In this document: piece by piece, positions 53,812-63,479 of the stretch
How positions within the stretch are numbered: position 1 is the first letter of the stretch
Layout of the letters: each line of letters begins with the position of its first letter
Source: a virus
Taxonomy: Duplodnaviria; Caudoviricetes
DNA length: 64,000 bases
Direction: 5' to 3' (one strand)
Virus record (IMG/VR): IMGVR_UViG_3300024219_000003
Span: 1,300 to 65,299 of that record
Translations under genes and position numbers: made by a program
The notes under the pieces: generated by a model
What the model was told of the DNA's origin: nothing
What the model saw: only the letters and a program-made list of their open reading frames with translations
Databases searched by the model: none

Positions 53812-54177
53812 TTAGCCATTCGCCGAGACATTTGTCAGATCTCTACGGTTTAGCCCATGCGCCTCGCCTAGTAGCGTGCCGCCGAGCTTTGCGTGCCCAC
53901 CCGCTGGGAGATCAGCGGCAATATCGATGGTCTTATCTGCTTGCCCCACGAGTTCGCCAATTCGTCGCCATGCGCGCATTTTGATGCGGTGAGCGAGATT
54001 GACGAGGGTTTCATCCTGAGCCTGTTTGTAATAACTCGCGATAGCTTCCGCACGAGCAGCCCATTGGCGGCACTCATCAACCGATTCGCATTCAATCAGG
54101 ATTTGTCGAGCACGGTCGTATAGGCGTGGCAGTTGCGCTTTCTCCCATCCCAACGGCGGAGCAGGAAGCCCAGACAT
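53812..54177 (-). CDS. hypothetical protein (resembles N-terminal domain of phage MT-A70 fusions)
   Basis: YDRARQIL.ECESVDEC...AEAIASYYKQAQD...IKMRAWRRIGEL. Confidence 0.55.
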   Translation of the reverse strand: MSGLPAPPLGWEKAQLPRLYDRARQILIECESVDECRQWAARAEAIASYYKQAQDETLVNLAHRIKMRAWRRIGELVGQADKTIDIAADLPAGGHAKLGGTLLGEAHGLNRRDLTNVSANG

Positions 54178-54184
54178 TTACGTT

Positions 54185-54421
54185 TTACCGAGAAAGCGCA
54201 TTCTGAGCTAAGTCGAGTTGTCGCTTGGCAAATGCCAAGGCCGCAGATTTAGCCTCATCAGATGACTCAAACATCTTGCTAAGCCGTGCCCCGAAAACAT
54301 CAACACGGTATGGCGGCGGTGGCCCATTGCGTGTCCCGATCTCGCGAGTCACAGAAATTTTCAACGCTGGCGATAGCGTCATCGACCACGATTCGCCGTA
54401 TCTCGACGCTACCCATTCCAT
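54185..54421 (-). CDS. cassette ORF, hypothetical
   Basis: Bounded by sites 54185 and 54427. Confidence 0.55.
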   Translation of the reverse strand: MEWVASRYGESWSMTLSPALKISVTREIGTRNGPPPPYRVDVFGARLSKMFESSDEAKSAALAFAKRQLDLAQNALSR

Positions 54422-54438
54422 CGCATTTACCGACAATA

Positions 54439-55002
54439 TCAGTTATGGGACAAGTGCAGTAAATCGTCTGATGGCTCCTTAGCTCGCGCCAATTTCTTAT
54501 TTAGAATCCATCGCCAGGAAGCGGGGACGGGGTAGCCGCCGTTGTCCCAAATATCTTTCAGAACGCGGTCATTCAATTGCCCTCGTTCTCCAAGCACGCG
54601 CCATATATGTTGCTGAAGGCACTGAGTTGTTGTGCCGATGCTGTGCGCTGTTCGTGTCCATGTATAGCCACGCTCGCGCAACGTAATGCCGCGTTGTATC
54701 TGTTCTCCAGTAAGAACGTGTTGCGCTCTGCCATAGCATCGCTGTGAGCAATATTTTCTAGGATCTCCTGGGCGTAGCCAAAGCGAGTTTTTGCAGACAG
54801 GACAGACAAATGGCATCCGCCCTCTATGCGGAGCACCACTATGGCGAGGCAGTCGTTCGCCCGTGCGGCGTTCCCACGCCTTAAGCCGTTGATCGACCGC
54901 TTGTTTCGATACGCCCAATGCGCCACTGAGCACCGCGAGCGATATTCCACGCTTTCGCGCACATGCTAGGACATCTTGGCTTACTTGGATCATTTTTATC
55001 AA
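54439..55002 (-). CDS. HTH-Zn-HTH protein, paralog-like of 45442..46245
   Basis: LGVSKQAVDQRL.AWERRTGERLPR; CPVC...YCSQRC. Confidence 0.6.
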   Translation of the reverse strand: MIKMIQVSQDVLACARKRGISLAVLSGALGVSKQAVDQRLKAWERRTGERLPRHSGAPHRGRMPFVCPVCKNSLWLRPGDPRKYCSQRCYGRAQHVLTGEQIQRGITLRERGYTWTRTAHSIGTTTQCLQQHIWRVLGERGQLNDRVLKDIWDNGGYPVPASWRWILNKKLARAKEPSDDLLHLSHN

Positions 55003-55011
55003 AATGGTCTG

Positions 55012-55353
55012 TTAAGGGTAATTATCAGAACGTGAAGCCTGCGCGGCTTCCTGCACGAGCCGAATAGCTGCCAGCACTCGCGCCTTCGATATGGTACGGT
55101 CGCCCTTGTTGTGTTTGATGTGCTCATAAATTTCGTCAGTCGGGCTGCTGTAGGGCAGATTGGTATTCCAATCCTCCTCGACCGCGAAGCCGATGCCGAT
55201 CGTGGTGAACTTCGGGAATCCAACGATCGCCTGCTTGTCGCTAAGCCTGACACGAAACCGCCAATAATCTTCAGCGATTGGCGGAGTCATAATAACCGCT
55301 CCGATAACAGGTGATTCGTCCCGCTGTTCACGATCCTCAAGAACCAGATCCAT
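55012..55353 (-). CDS. hypothetical protein
   Basis: GGAG RBS; stop in degenerate site. Confidence 0.6.
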   Translation of the reverse strand: MDLVLEDREQRDESPVIGAVIMTPPIAEDYWRFRVRLSDKQAIVGFPKFTTIGIGFAVEEDWNTNLPYSSPTDEIYEHIKHNKGDRTISKARVLAAIRLVQEAAQASRSDNYP

Positions 55354-55434
55354 CTCACTCTCCCGTTCTGACGTTGCGCCGGGTGCTTTTCTCCCGCAGG
55401 CGCACCCAGCAAAGCCCGCTGTCAGGGTCGGAGG

Positions 55435-55704
55435 TCAGCCGCCAGAAGGAGAAGACGGCGAGATGTCGGACCCAGGAAGCTCGGGGTTTTTGACGGATGG
55501 GATAGCTTGCCGCCGATAGACCGTTACAATATCGGCCTCTTTGCGGAATTCTTCCATGACCTGCCGGGGGCGATCATCGGGCACCTGAGCACAGCGTTGT
55601 GCGAGATCCCATGCGATGTCCATAAGGGCGGCTTTGGAAAGCTTTTCGATCTCGCCACGATATTCTCGGGGAACAAAAATCGGTGGCTGGTTCTTTAGGT
55701 TCAT
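55435..55704 (-). CDS. hypothetical protein
   Basis: GGAGG RBS. Confidence 0.55.
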   Translation of the reverse strand: MNLKNQPPIFVPREYRGEIEKLSKAALMDIAWDLAQRCAQVPDDRPRQVMEEFRKEADIVTVYRRQAIPSVKNPELPGSDISPSSPSGG

Positions 55705-55775
55705 CTCTCGATCCTCCGTTTTGACGATGCGTCTGTAGCGCGCGGCGTGAGCGGCTGTCAAGCCTATATTAGCAC

Positions 55776-55973
55776 TTATCGGTAAATCGCTACCATTGCT
55801 TCTCTAGTCTTTTGCGCCCGCGCCCTAGCGCATGCCCGATTGGCGATGTGCTGGCGCTCGTTAGCGAGGACGCGGCGACGGGCGGCGAGCTGCGCCATCT
55901 CCTCGTCGATCAGCATGACGGCGGCAAGCTCCTCTTGTGTCGCGCCCTCGCGCCAGAGGCGGGGGGCGGTCAT
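55776..55973 (-). CDS. hypothetical protein
   Basis: Stop inside site 55760. Confidence 0.55.
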   Translation of the reverse strand: MTAPRLWREGATQEELAAVMLIDEEMAQLAARRRVLANERQHIANRACARARAQKTREAMVAIYR

Positions 55974-56362
55974 GTTCGCCCCGATGCAATATCAGCCGCA
56001 TTCTGTTGCGCCAGCTCGTTGCGGCGAAGCAGGATGTAGATCGCTTCCAGCAATCCGCGATCCGAATATGCCTTGGCCTCGCCTTGTGCCGCCGTCGCTA
56101 TCTCGCGGATGAACTCACCAAATGGTGTTGGCGGCGCGCGGAAGCGGTCATTCCACATTGCGAGGGCGCGGTTTTCCCAAGTCTCAGCCGCGTTCAGAAC
56201 GAGGCCCCTACGGGGTGCTGGACGCCAAGGTATTGAAACGGCTGGGCCGGTCGCATCGCAGCGCGGACATTGATATGTGCCGCTATCACCATCGCCAAAT
56301 ACTGTGGCGCAGAGGCCCTCAGCACAGCCACAGAACGGGCATGGAAGCGCAACGGCACTCAT
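55970..56362 (-). CDS. Lar-like restriction alleviation zinc-ribbon protein
   Basis: LPCPFCG...QCPRCDATGP...WN.R. Confidence 0.65.
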   Translation of the reverse strand: MSAVALPCPFCGCAEGLCATVFGDGDSGTYQCPRCDATGPAVSIPWRPAPRRGLVLNAAETWENRALAMWNDRFRAPPTPFGEFIREIATAAQGEAKAYSDRGLLEAIYILLRRNELAQQNAADIASGRT

Positions 56363-56625
56363 ACCGCCGCACTCTGTTCGGCCAACGCCATCGCCCGCTC
56401 GGTGGCGTAGATCACCGCGCACATCGAGTACGAGCCAAATGGCTTGAAACTCTCAGCCCCGTCCCATACTGAAAGTCGCCGCGTTACCGGCTTGCCGCCC
56501 ATGCTCCACGTCGTCGTGGTAATCGTCTTCTCGGTTCGTGCCAGGATCTTGAACGAATGGATGCAGTCATAATCGCCGAGCGAGCGGCAGGCGTAGGATT
56601 TGCCGACTTGAAACTTCGTTGTCAT
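56359..56625 (-). CDS. hypothetical protein
   Basis: MTTKFQVGKSY; GGGAGAG RBS. Confidence 0.6.
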   Translation of the reverse strand: MTTKFQVGKSYACRSLGDYDCIHSFKILARTEKTITTTTWSMGGKPVTRRLSVWDGAESFKPFGSYSMCAVIYATERAMALAEQSAAV

Positions 56626-56682
56626 CTCGTCTCTCCCCTTCTGCCCTCCTTATGTAGCGGATCACGGGACGCGATACAAGGG

Positions 56683-56740
56683 AAATCGTCGGCAGGCTGA
56701 CGATTTTTCCGATTGCGCCCGACACACCGCGCGGTATCAT
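56683..56740 (+). promoter_or_regulatory. inverted repeat plus putative promoter of replication genes
   Basis: AAATCGTCGG-N4-CTGACGATTT; TTGCGC-16-TATCAT. Confidence 0.45.
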
Positions 56741-56848
56741 GTGACGAAGCGTGCGGGGCCTCTGCCGGCGACGGTCGGCAGTGTTCCACGGGCGCGGCGC
56801 TCAACGGGTTTGCCTCGCACGCTCCCGCTGCGCCGCGAGGAGCGCCGC

Positions 56849-57889
56849 ATGTTCTCGATCAAATCGCTGTTGCACGATTACGCCGCGACCTTGAACAAGA
56901 CATTCGAGCACGACCGCGCCAACACGGTCGGCGCATCCGAGGTCGGTACATGCCTGCGCAAGACGTGGTTCGGCAAGAACGATGTTCCCCACGATGCAGG
57001 CTACGCCGACCGCTACGGGGCGCGGCTGCGCGGCAACCTGATCGAGGATCATTACTGGGTGCCCGGTATCCGCGCGTCGCTGCCCGATGGCGTCGAACTG
57101 CATCTGGCCGGCGCGGAGCAGCGCACTATCGTTGATGGCTATATCTCGGCCACCCCCGATGGCGTCCTCACCGGATTGCCACGCGATTGCCTTGCCGCTA
57201 TCGGCATCGAGGATATCGGCCCCGCGCGCACGCTCGCGATTGAGTGCAAATCTATCGATCCGCGCGCCGACCTCCATACCGCCCGCGCGCACCACGTCTT
57301 CCAGACACAGGTACAGATGGGCCTCTTGCGCGCACACACCCCCTACAAGCCCGAGTATGCGCTGATTTCTTATGTGGACGCATCGTTTCTTGACGAGGTA
57401 ACCGAGTTCCCCGTCACGTTCAACCCGGCTGTCTACAAGGCCGCGCAATCCCGCTCCCGCGAGATCATGGCCGCGACCGACCCGCTCGAACTGCCGCCCG
57501 AAGGCAAGCTGGCCGGGGGCGCCGAGTGTGGGTATTGCCCTTGGGCGTCGTATTGCCAAGCCGTCATCGTCGGCGGAATGCCGCAGACCGAAACCAAGCA
57601 GCTCGGCGACAACGCCATCGCCGAATTGAAACGCCTGCGCGATATCGAGCGCGCGGCAGATGAGACAGCCGAAACCGATGCCGCCAACCTCACGGCGGCG
57701 AAACACGCAATCACCGAATTCCTGCGCATCAATGGCGTGCGCAGGGTAAACGGCGACGGGTGGTCCGTCACCTGGTCTCCGACCAAGGGACGCCAAACCG
57801 TCGATATCGAAGCGGCCGAGAACGCGGGGCTCGATCTTGGTCCATTCAGAAAAACCGGACAACCGGGGGCTCGCCTAGTCGTGAAATGA
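56849..57889 (+). CDS. PD-(D/E)XK exonuclease (Cas4/YqaJ-like)
   Basis: GASEVGTCLRK...ATPDG...IECKS...C.YCPW..YC. Confidence 0.8.
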   Translation: MFSIKSLLHDYAATLNKTFEHDRANTVGASEVGTCLRKTWFGKNDVPHDAGYADRYGARLRGNLIEDHYWVPGIRASLPDGVELHLAGAEQRTIVDGYISATPDGVLTGLPRDCLAAIGIEDIGPARTLAIECKSIDPRADLHTARAHHVFQTQVQMGLLRAHTPYKPEYALISYVDASFLDEVTEFPVTFNPAVYKAAQSRSREIMAATDPLELPPEGKLAGGAECGYCPWASYCQAVIVGGMPQTETKQLGDNAIAELKRLRDIERAADETAETDAANLTAAKHAITEFLRINGVRRVNGDGWSVTWSPTKGRQTVDIEAAENAGLDLGPFRKTGQPGARLVVK

Positions 57890-57914
57890 GAACCGAAAAC
57901 CAAAGGAGTGAGAA

Positions 57915-58565
57915 ATGAGCGATTTAGTACCTGCCGGGTCTGACCCCTATAGCGCATACGCCGCTAAGGTGGTTCAGCAAGAGGGAACATTCCTCACATT
58001 CAAGAACGGTGAGTTTCTACACGGCAAGGAAGGCGAAAGCCTGAAACTCGGGACACGCCTCATTGCCAATGTTGCCGAGATTCGGGTCGGCTGGCGGCGC
58101 TGGTTTGCCGCCAAGGTCACCGACGACCAGATGGTGCCCTTGAGCACGCAGACACCGATAGCCCGACGCGACCATCTCGGCGACCTCGACGAATCGTTGT
58201 GGGAACTCGACGACCGGGGCAAGCCCCGCGACCCGTGGATCTTCACCAACACCCTCGAACTCGCCACCGATGACGGTGAGATCTACATCTATTCGACCGG
58301 CTCGAAGGGCGGGCTCAACGCCGTGGGCAAGCTCTGCAAAGCCTTCGGCCTCGAATACCGCCAGCGGCCCGGCATGGTGCCGATCGTGGAACTCGGCAAC
58401 GACTTCTACATGCACGCCACCTATGGCAAGACCTATTTCCCGGTCTTTACTCTCGTCGGCTGGACGAATGCAGAAGACCCGAGCACAGCCCCACAAGCCG
58501 CCATCCCCGCGCCAAACAGCAAAGCAAAGGCCAAGCGCGACCTAGACGACGAGATCCCGTTTTGA
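57915..58565 (+). CDS. single-stranded DNA-binding protein
   Basis: Acidic LDDEIPF C-terminal tip; between nuclease and primase. Confidence 0.65.
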   Translation: MSDLVPAGSDPYSAYAAKVVQQEGTFLTFKNGEFLHGKEGESLKLGTRLIANVAEIRVGWRRWFAAKVTDDQMVPLSTQTPIARRDHLGDLDESLWELDDRGKPRDPWIFTNTLELATDDGEIYIYSTGSKGGLNAVGKLCKAFGLEYRQRPGMVPIVELGNDFYMHATYGKTYFPVFTLVGWTNAEDPSTAPQAAIPAPNSKAKAKRDLDDEIPF

Positions 58566-58612
58566 GGATGAATAAGAAATAAAAATTGTATTTCTAGCGG
58601 GAGGGAAAGTCT

Positions 58613-61093
58613 GTGCGCGACCTCGACTATCAGGATTCGCTCGACTTTCTCTCCCGTTTTTTTGAAGGCACCACCGAAACTATCGAAATCCGCGCGTTGC
58701 CTAACGAACGCGACGCCGGGGTCAATCGTCCCTTATTCACACGCCTGCCTAATCTTGTCCGCGCCCATTGTGTCCGATGGGATGCACTGGAGCGCGCGGT
58801 CTACTTCGGCATAGCGACACGGCGATCAGGCCCGGCATATGGCGATCGTGAACACGTCTGCGAACTGCCTGCGCTTTATACCGATACCGACGCCTACAAG
58901 CTCGGAATCAGCAAGGAGGATATCGCCGAACGTCTGTTATCGCTACCGATCCCACCGGGCGTACTGGTGGATAGCGGAGGCGGGATTCATGGGTACTGGC
59001 TCTTGGCCGAGCCGATCGATGTCCGTCAATCGGTAGCGGGATGGCCGGAAACCGAACTGGCGATCGTCTCGGCGCTGCGACAGCTTGCAGGCGTCGTCGG
59101 GGGCGACAACATCGCCGACCTCCCCCGTGTCATGCGACTGCCCGGTACGCACAACACCAAGCTCGATGCGCCGCGCTTGGTTTCGGTGTTGCCGTGCTCG
59201 ACATGGGCACGCGTCGAGTTCGGCGATATCGTCGATATGCTCGACACACAGCGCCCCCTTATCGAGCGACCGCTGACCAATGGTCACGCCGCGCACCCGG
59301 TCGAGGACAACCCCTATCTTGCTGCCGCGCGCTCGTTCATGTTTTCCGCTCCCATCGATGTCGAGCGTCGGCTTGCCGATATGTCTTACCTCGGCAACGG
59401 TGAATCCGGGATACATGCCACACAGTTGAGTGTGTCCGCTTCCCTGGTCGCTGCCGGCGCCGACGACGACGTGATTGTCAACCGCATTCTTGCCGCTACC
59501 CACGCTGCCGCTGGACCGCTTGCCGCCAATTGGAATTGGACGCGCGAGGAAGCGGCGCTGCGGAAGATGGTTGAGAGCGCCAAGCCCAAGTTTGCGCCCG
59601 GCGCACACTCGGCCACGGTCCACCAACTTCGCGCCGGCGGCCCGAAACCCGCGCCTACGCAAGACGAACCGGACGACGACCCGGCGCCTGCCGGCGAACA
59701 AGTCCGCAACGACATCGGCAACGCCTTTGCCCTTATCGAAGCGCACGGTCCCAACCTGCGCTATGTTCTCGGTATCGGCTGGCATGTCTGGGACGGAACC
59801 CGCTACGCCATTGATCCAGAGCAGGTCAATGCCCAACGCATGGCCCATGAAGTATCTGCGGCAATGCTCGAATCCGCTGCTCGGCAACCCGCATCCAAAG
59901 CCCGCACTTCTCGCATCAAATGGGCGGTACAATCCGGCAACAAGTCGCGCATCAACGCCATGCTCGACCAGGCCAAGAGCTACCTGCACTCGCGTTCCGA
60001 CGATCTCGACGCCGACCCGATGCAGCTCAATTGTCCCAATGGAACAGTTGATCTCGCCAACATCGAATTGCGCCCGCATGAGCAAAGCAATCTGCTGACG
60101 AAGTGCTGTGTTGTTGCCTACGACCCGGACGCCAAGTGCCCAATATGGGAACGCTTCATTTCCGAGATATTCGACGGCAACCAGGAATTGATGGAATTCG
60201 TGCAACGCGCCATTGGTTACTCGTTGACCGGGCGCACCGATGAACAAGTTATCTTCATCATGCACGGCGCAGGGTCGAACGGGAAAAGCGTATTGACTGA
60301 GACCATTGCCGCAATCCTCGCCGATTACGTCAAACGCTCGCCTGCCGAGACATGGGTATCGAAACCCTATTCCGGCGCCAGCAACGATATCGCCGCCCTC
60401 GCCGGTGCCCGCTTTGTTTCAGTGATCGAGACCGAGCACGACAAGAACCTGGCCGAAGCCCTGGTCAAGCAGGCCACCGGGGGCGACGCAATGACCGCCC
60501 GGTTCCTCCACCGGGAGTTCTTCTCGTTCCTGCCAAAGTTCAAATTGTGGTTCGCCACTAATCACAAGCCACGCATCCGGGGCTCGGACTACGCCATCTG
60601 GCGTCGTATCCTGCTGGTTCCATTCGCTGTCACATTTGCCGATGCCGAGGCGCTGGTCGATGGCCAGAAGGTCAAAGACCCTGACCTCAAAAACAAGCTG
60701 CTGGCCGAATATCCCGGCATCCTGGCGTGGATGATCCGGGGTTGCGCGGCTTGGCAAACCCTCGGATTGGCCCCTCCGATAATCGTTCGCAACGCAACCG
60801 AGGGTTATCAAGATAGCGAAGATAACGTGTCCGCTTTTATCCGCGATAACTGCCACGTTTCGAGGGGGATAACGTGTGAGGCGAGTTTGTTGTATGCAGC
60901 CTATACCATTTGGTGTGAGGAAAACGACGAGGAGCCGAGGAAGAAAAACGCGTTCGGCCGCAACCTGGAGGAGCGAGGCTACTCCAATGGACCCCGAACC
61001 AATCGCGCCAGACTGCGCAAAGGGATTGATATAAAAGAAGAATACCGCTTTTCGGCCGAGCAAAGACGGGCTCAACCACGTGCAGATCAGTGA
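58613..61093 (+). CDS. primase-helicase (RepB-like primase + D5_N + P4-type SF3 helicase)
   Basis: VDSGGGIHGYW, RVMRLPGT, GAGSNGKS Walker A, KQATGGD, IWRRI. Confidence 0.92.
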   Translation: MRDLDYQDSLDFLSRFFEGTTETIEIRALPNERDAGVNRPLFTRLPNLVRAHCVRWDALERAVYFGIATRRSGPAYGDREHVCELPALYTDTDAYKLGISKEDIAERLLSLPIPPGVLVDSGGGIHGYWLLAEPIDVRQSVAGWPETELAIVSALRQLAGVVGGDNIADLPRVMRLPGTHNTKLDAPRLVSVLPCSTWARVEFGDIVDMLDTQRPLIERPLTNGHAAHPVEDNPYLAAARSFMFSAPIDVERRLADMSYLGNGESGIHATQLSVSASLVAAGADDDVIVNRILAATHAAAGPLAANWNWTREEAALRKMVESAKPKFAPGAHSATVHQLRAGGPKPAPTQDEPDDDPAPAGEQVRNDIGNAFALIEAHGPNLRYVLGIGWHVWDGTRYAIDPEQVNAQRMAHEVSAAMLESAARQPASKARTSRIKWAVQSGNKSRINAMLDQAKSYLHSRSDDLDADPMQLNCPNGTVDLANIELRPHEQSNLLTKCCVVAYDPDAKCPIWERFISEIFDGNQELMEFVQRAIGYSLTGRTDEQVIFIMHGAGSNGKSVLTETIAAILADYVKRSPAETWVSKPYSGASNDIAALAGARFVSVIETEHDKNLAEALVKQATGGDAMTARFLHREFFSFLPKFKLWFATNHKPRIRGSDYAIWRRILLVPFAVTFADAEALVDGQKVKDPDLKNKLLAEYPGILAWMIRGCAAWQTLGLAPPIIVRNATEGYQDSEDNVSAFIRDNCHVSRGITCEASLLYAAYTIWCEENDEEPRKKNAFGRNLEERGYSNGPRTNRARLRKGIDIKEEYRFSAEQRRAQPRADQ

Positions 61094-61191
61094 CACAAGT
61101 GACACAAGTGACACGAGTTTGGTGTTTTCCTATGAAAATAATGACTCACGCGAGAAACTCATAATTCGTGTCACTAGTGTCATTGTGTCAC
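61090..61191. repeat. convergent GTGACAC iterons (origin candidate)
   Basis: 3 x GTGACAC at 9-nt period (61090-61116) and 3 inverted copies (61168-61191). Confidence 0.7.
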
Positions 61192-61444
61192 TGTACAGAA
61201 CTACGCTGTGGTATCGCGCAAAACGTGTTTACAACTAAAAGAGGCTACTGTGTGGGCATGCTGTGGGCATGCGAAAGCTGCCCGAGTCTCCCCGAGCCGC
61301 CGTCGCCCCGCGAGGCACCGCCCCGCGCCGTGTGTGTGGTTTTAGCGTTCGAACTTGAAGCCGAGCCGATGCAGTTCGCGAAAGCGGGTCAACTGCGTGC
61401 CGGCCTCATAGGCCAGAGCATGCCGCTGTTCGGTCAGCAGGTGA

Positions 61445-61915
61445 TCCATCACCACCAAAGCGCGGGAGCATTTCGAGGCGATCCGCTGGCCGGATGGCCC
61501 CTATTGCCCGCATTGCGGCGAGACGGAAAAGGTTTACCGGCTGAACGGTAAGTCGCATCGCGAAGGTTTGCTTCATTGCAACGGCTGCAACGAGGCCTTC
61601 ACAGTCACGGTCGGCACCGTCATGGAGCGCAGCCATGTGCCTTTGCACAAATGGGCGCTAGCCTTCCGGCTTCTGTGTTCTGGAAAGAAAGGCTTCTCGG
61701 CGCACCAGCTGCATCGGACCATCGGCGTCACATACAAGACGGCTTGGTTTATGGCGCACCGCATTCGCGAGGCGATGCGCCCGCTTGCAACCGGCGATAA
61801 CGGCCAGCTTGGCGGCACATTTGATGCCTCCGAATGCCACTGTGAGCGTTTGGTGGCACCAAAACAACTACGGCCACCCGAAGGTGGCCGTAGGATCTGC
61901 CGCCCAGTTTCCTGA
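61445..61915 (+). pseudogene. IS1595-family transposase N-terminal fragment
   Basis: WPDGPYCPHCG...C..C...FTVTVGTVMERSHVPLHKW...KKGFSAHQLHRTIGVTYKTAWFMAHRIREAM; no start or DDE domain. Confidence 0.85.
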
Positions 61916-62251
61916 TACGGCGCTTTAGCTGGTGCTGGGATCAGAATCTAGGCAGAAGTTCGCCGAAAGTCAAGCGTGCCGCCCGTGTTGCGCCGGCCCC
62001 TTGCTTGTCTGAAGCTGGCGCTTCGTGCTGCCCGAGCGTACCCGGGCAGGCCGAAGAAGTCAGGTCGGTATGGTTGCCGAACTCGGCAGGATCGTTACCG
62101 CACGATCACCACACCATGACAGGATGTGCGACAGCGATGCGCCGCGAAAACCGCTAACGGGAATGCCGCGTCGTGGCGACCCGCACCACACCAGCCAATG
62201 CCCGCACGGCACCGACCATTGCACGAAATATGTTGCCATCGTCCGCCCTCC

Positions 62252-62500
62252 CTACGCCGCGCTCGGCTGAACAAAAGAGCGCTTGGCTTTGATAATGATC
62301 GTTTGCACGCTCGCCGGTAGATCGTCCCAACGCCGCACCTTTTCACCGTCAACCGTGATCGCGAGCCCCGACGCGTAGTAACGCGCTTCGTAGTCATGAC
62401 CGCGCCGGCTGAAATTGATGCCCATGCCGCCGCCGAGGATGGCGATGTCGGCATTGCTCGGCACGTGAAGCTCGACGCCGCTTGTTGGATATTTGCTCAT
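62252..62500 (-). CDS. hypothetical protein
   Basis: GAGGG RBS. Confidence 0.5.
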   Translation of the reverse strand: MSKYPTSGVELHVPSNADIAILGGGMGINFSRRGHDYEARYYASGLAITVDGEKVRRWDDLPASVQTIIIKAKRSFVQPSAA

Positions 62501-62523
62501 CGTCCCTCTCCCCTGACCGCCGC

Positions 62524-62691
62524 TCACGCGGCGCGTAGCGAAAGCGCTATCGCGCGATTGTCCAAAATGTCCGCACACTCCAGCAGCCGAACCAACTTCG
62601 CTGCCCACGCACTCGCCTGCTCGTTCTTGCCGCACTGCTTGTAGGCTATCGCCTTCGCAAGAGCCCGGCTCACTTCGCTCCGATCAATCAT
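62524..62691 (-). CDS. small hypothetical protein
   Basis: GGGGAG RBS; MIDRSEVSRALAKAIAYK. Confidence 0.55.
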   Translation of the reverse strand: MIDRSEVSRALAKAIAYKQCGKNEQASAWAAKLVRLLECADILDNRAIALSLRAA

Positions 62692-62779
62692 CTCTCGTCT
62701 CCCCTTTCTGACAATCCCAATGTACGCGATCACGTGAACAGATACAAGAGGAGATTTGTAACAGGATGACGATTCCCTC

Positions 62780-63190
62780 TCAGCCGCCCCGAGACCGTCG
62801 CTTGAGCGTCCCAACCGGCCGTTCCACCGATAGTGCCTCAAACTCCGTCGCCAGCTGCTCAAATGCCGCTGCTCGCTCCCGACAGATCAGTTGCATCCGT
62901 TCAGCTTGCTTTGCCGGCAACCGTTCCGGGCGATAGAGCCAATCCTCAACCGTGCGCGGTGATACCCCGAACAGTTCCGACAGCGCCCGTAAATGACCGG
63001 GATATTCCTCAATCGTCCAAGGCAGCAAAAGCGTGATAAAGCGACTTACCAAACCGTAACCCGGTTCACGCGATACGTGAAAACGCCGCTTCTTAGCGCG
63101 TGCATGGCTTCTTCGCCCGAGCAACCATAGCCCAAAACGGCCGGCCTGAACTGGCGTCAAGCCTGGTGGCAACTGTGGCAATGCGGACAT
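62780..63190 (-). CDS. HTH-containing hypothetical protein
   Basis: LSELFGVSPRTVEDWL. Confidence 0.5.
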   Translation of the reverse strand: MSALPQLPPGLTPVQAGRFGLWLLGRRSHARAKKRRFHVSREPGYGLVSRFITLLLPWTIEEYPGHLRALSELFGVSPRTVEDWLYRPERLPAKQAERMQLICRERAAAFEQLATEFEALSVERPVGTLKRRSRGG

Positions 63191-63283
63191 TCGGGACACG
63201 CTATCGGGACACGCGATCGAACGCTAGATGTTGTGCGCGACGATCCGTCGATGCTCTAAGTCATTGATATTGCTTGCACGACC

Positions 63284-63309
63284 TATCCCATAACTGTACT
63301 TATCGGTAA
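63284..63309. repeat. isolated dif-like site
   Basis: TATCCCATAA-CTGTAC-TTATCGGTAA. Confidence 0.8.
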
Positions 63310-63444
63310 TTACACGCTAGACGGGTGTCGGCGAGGTTACCAACAACCGTGTGCGCCAGCCCGTTTCCGGGCGCACCCCATCGGACCCGAGCGCGGCCGA
63401 ATCCGGGGACGCAACTCGTCGCCCGCCCCGGAAAATAAGGAGGA

Positions 63445-63473
63445 TTGACGATCAACGTGGTATCACGTATAGG
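63445..63473 (+). promoter_or_regulatory. putative sigma70 promoter with operator-like inverted repeat
   Basis: TTGACG-17-TATAGG; ACGTG-N4-CACGT in the spacer. Confidence 0.6.
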
Positions 63474-63479
63474 GGAAGG

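Larger units (their letters stand above)
53169..55785. repeat. further dif-like sites
   Basis: Sites at 53169, 54185, 54427, 55760; degenerate at 54996; all at ORF ends. Confidence 0.8.
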
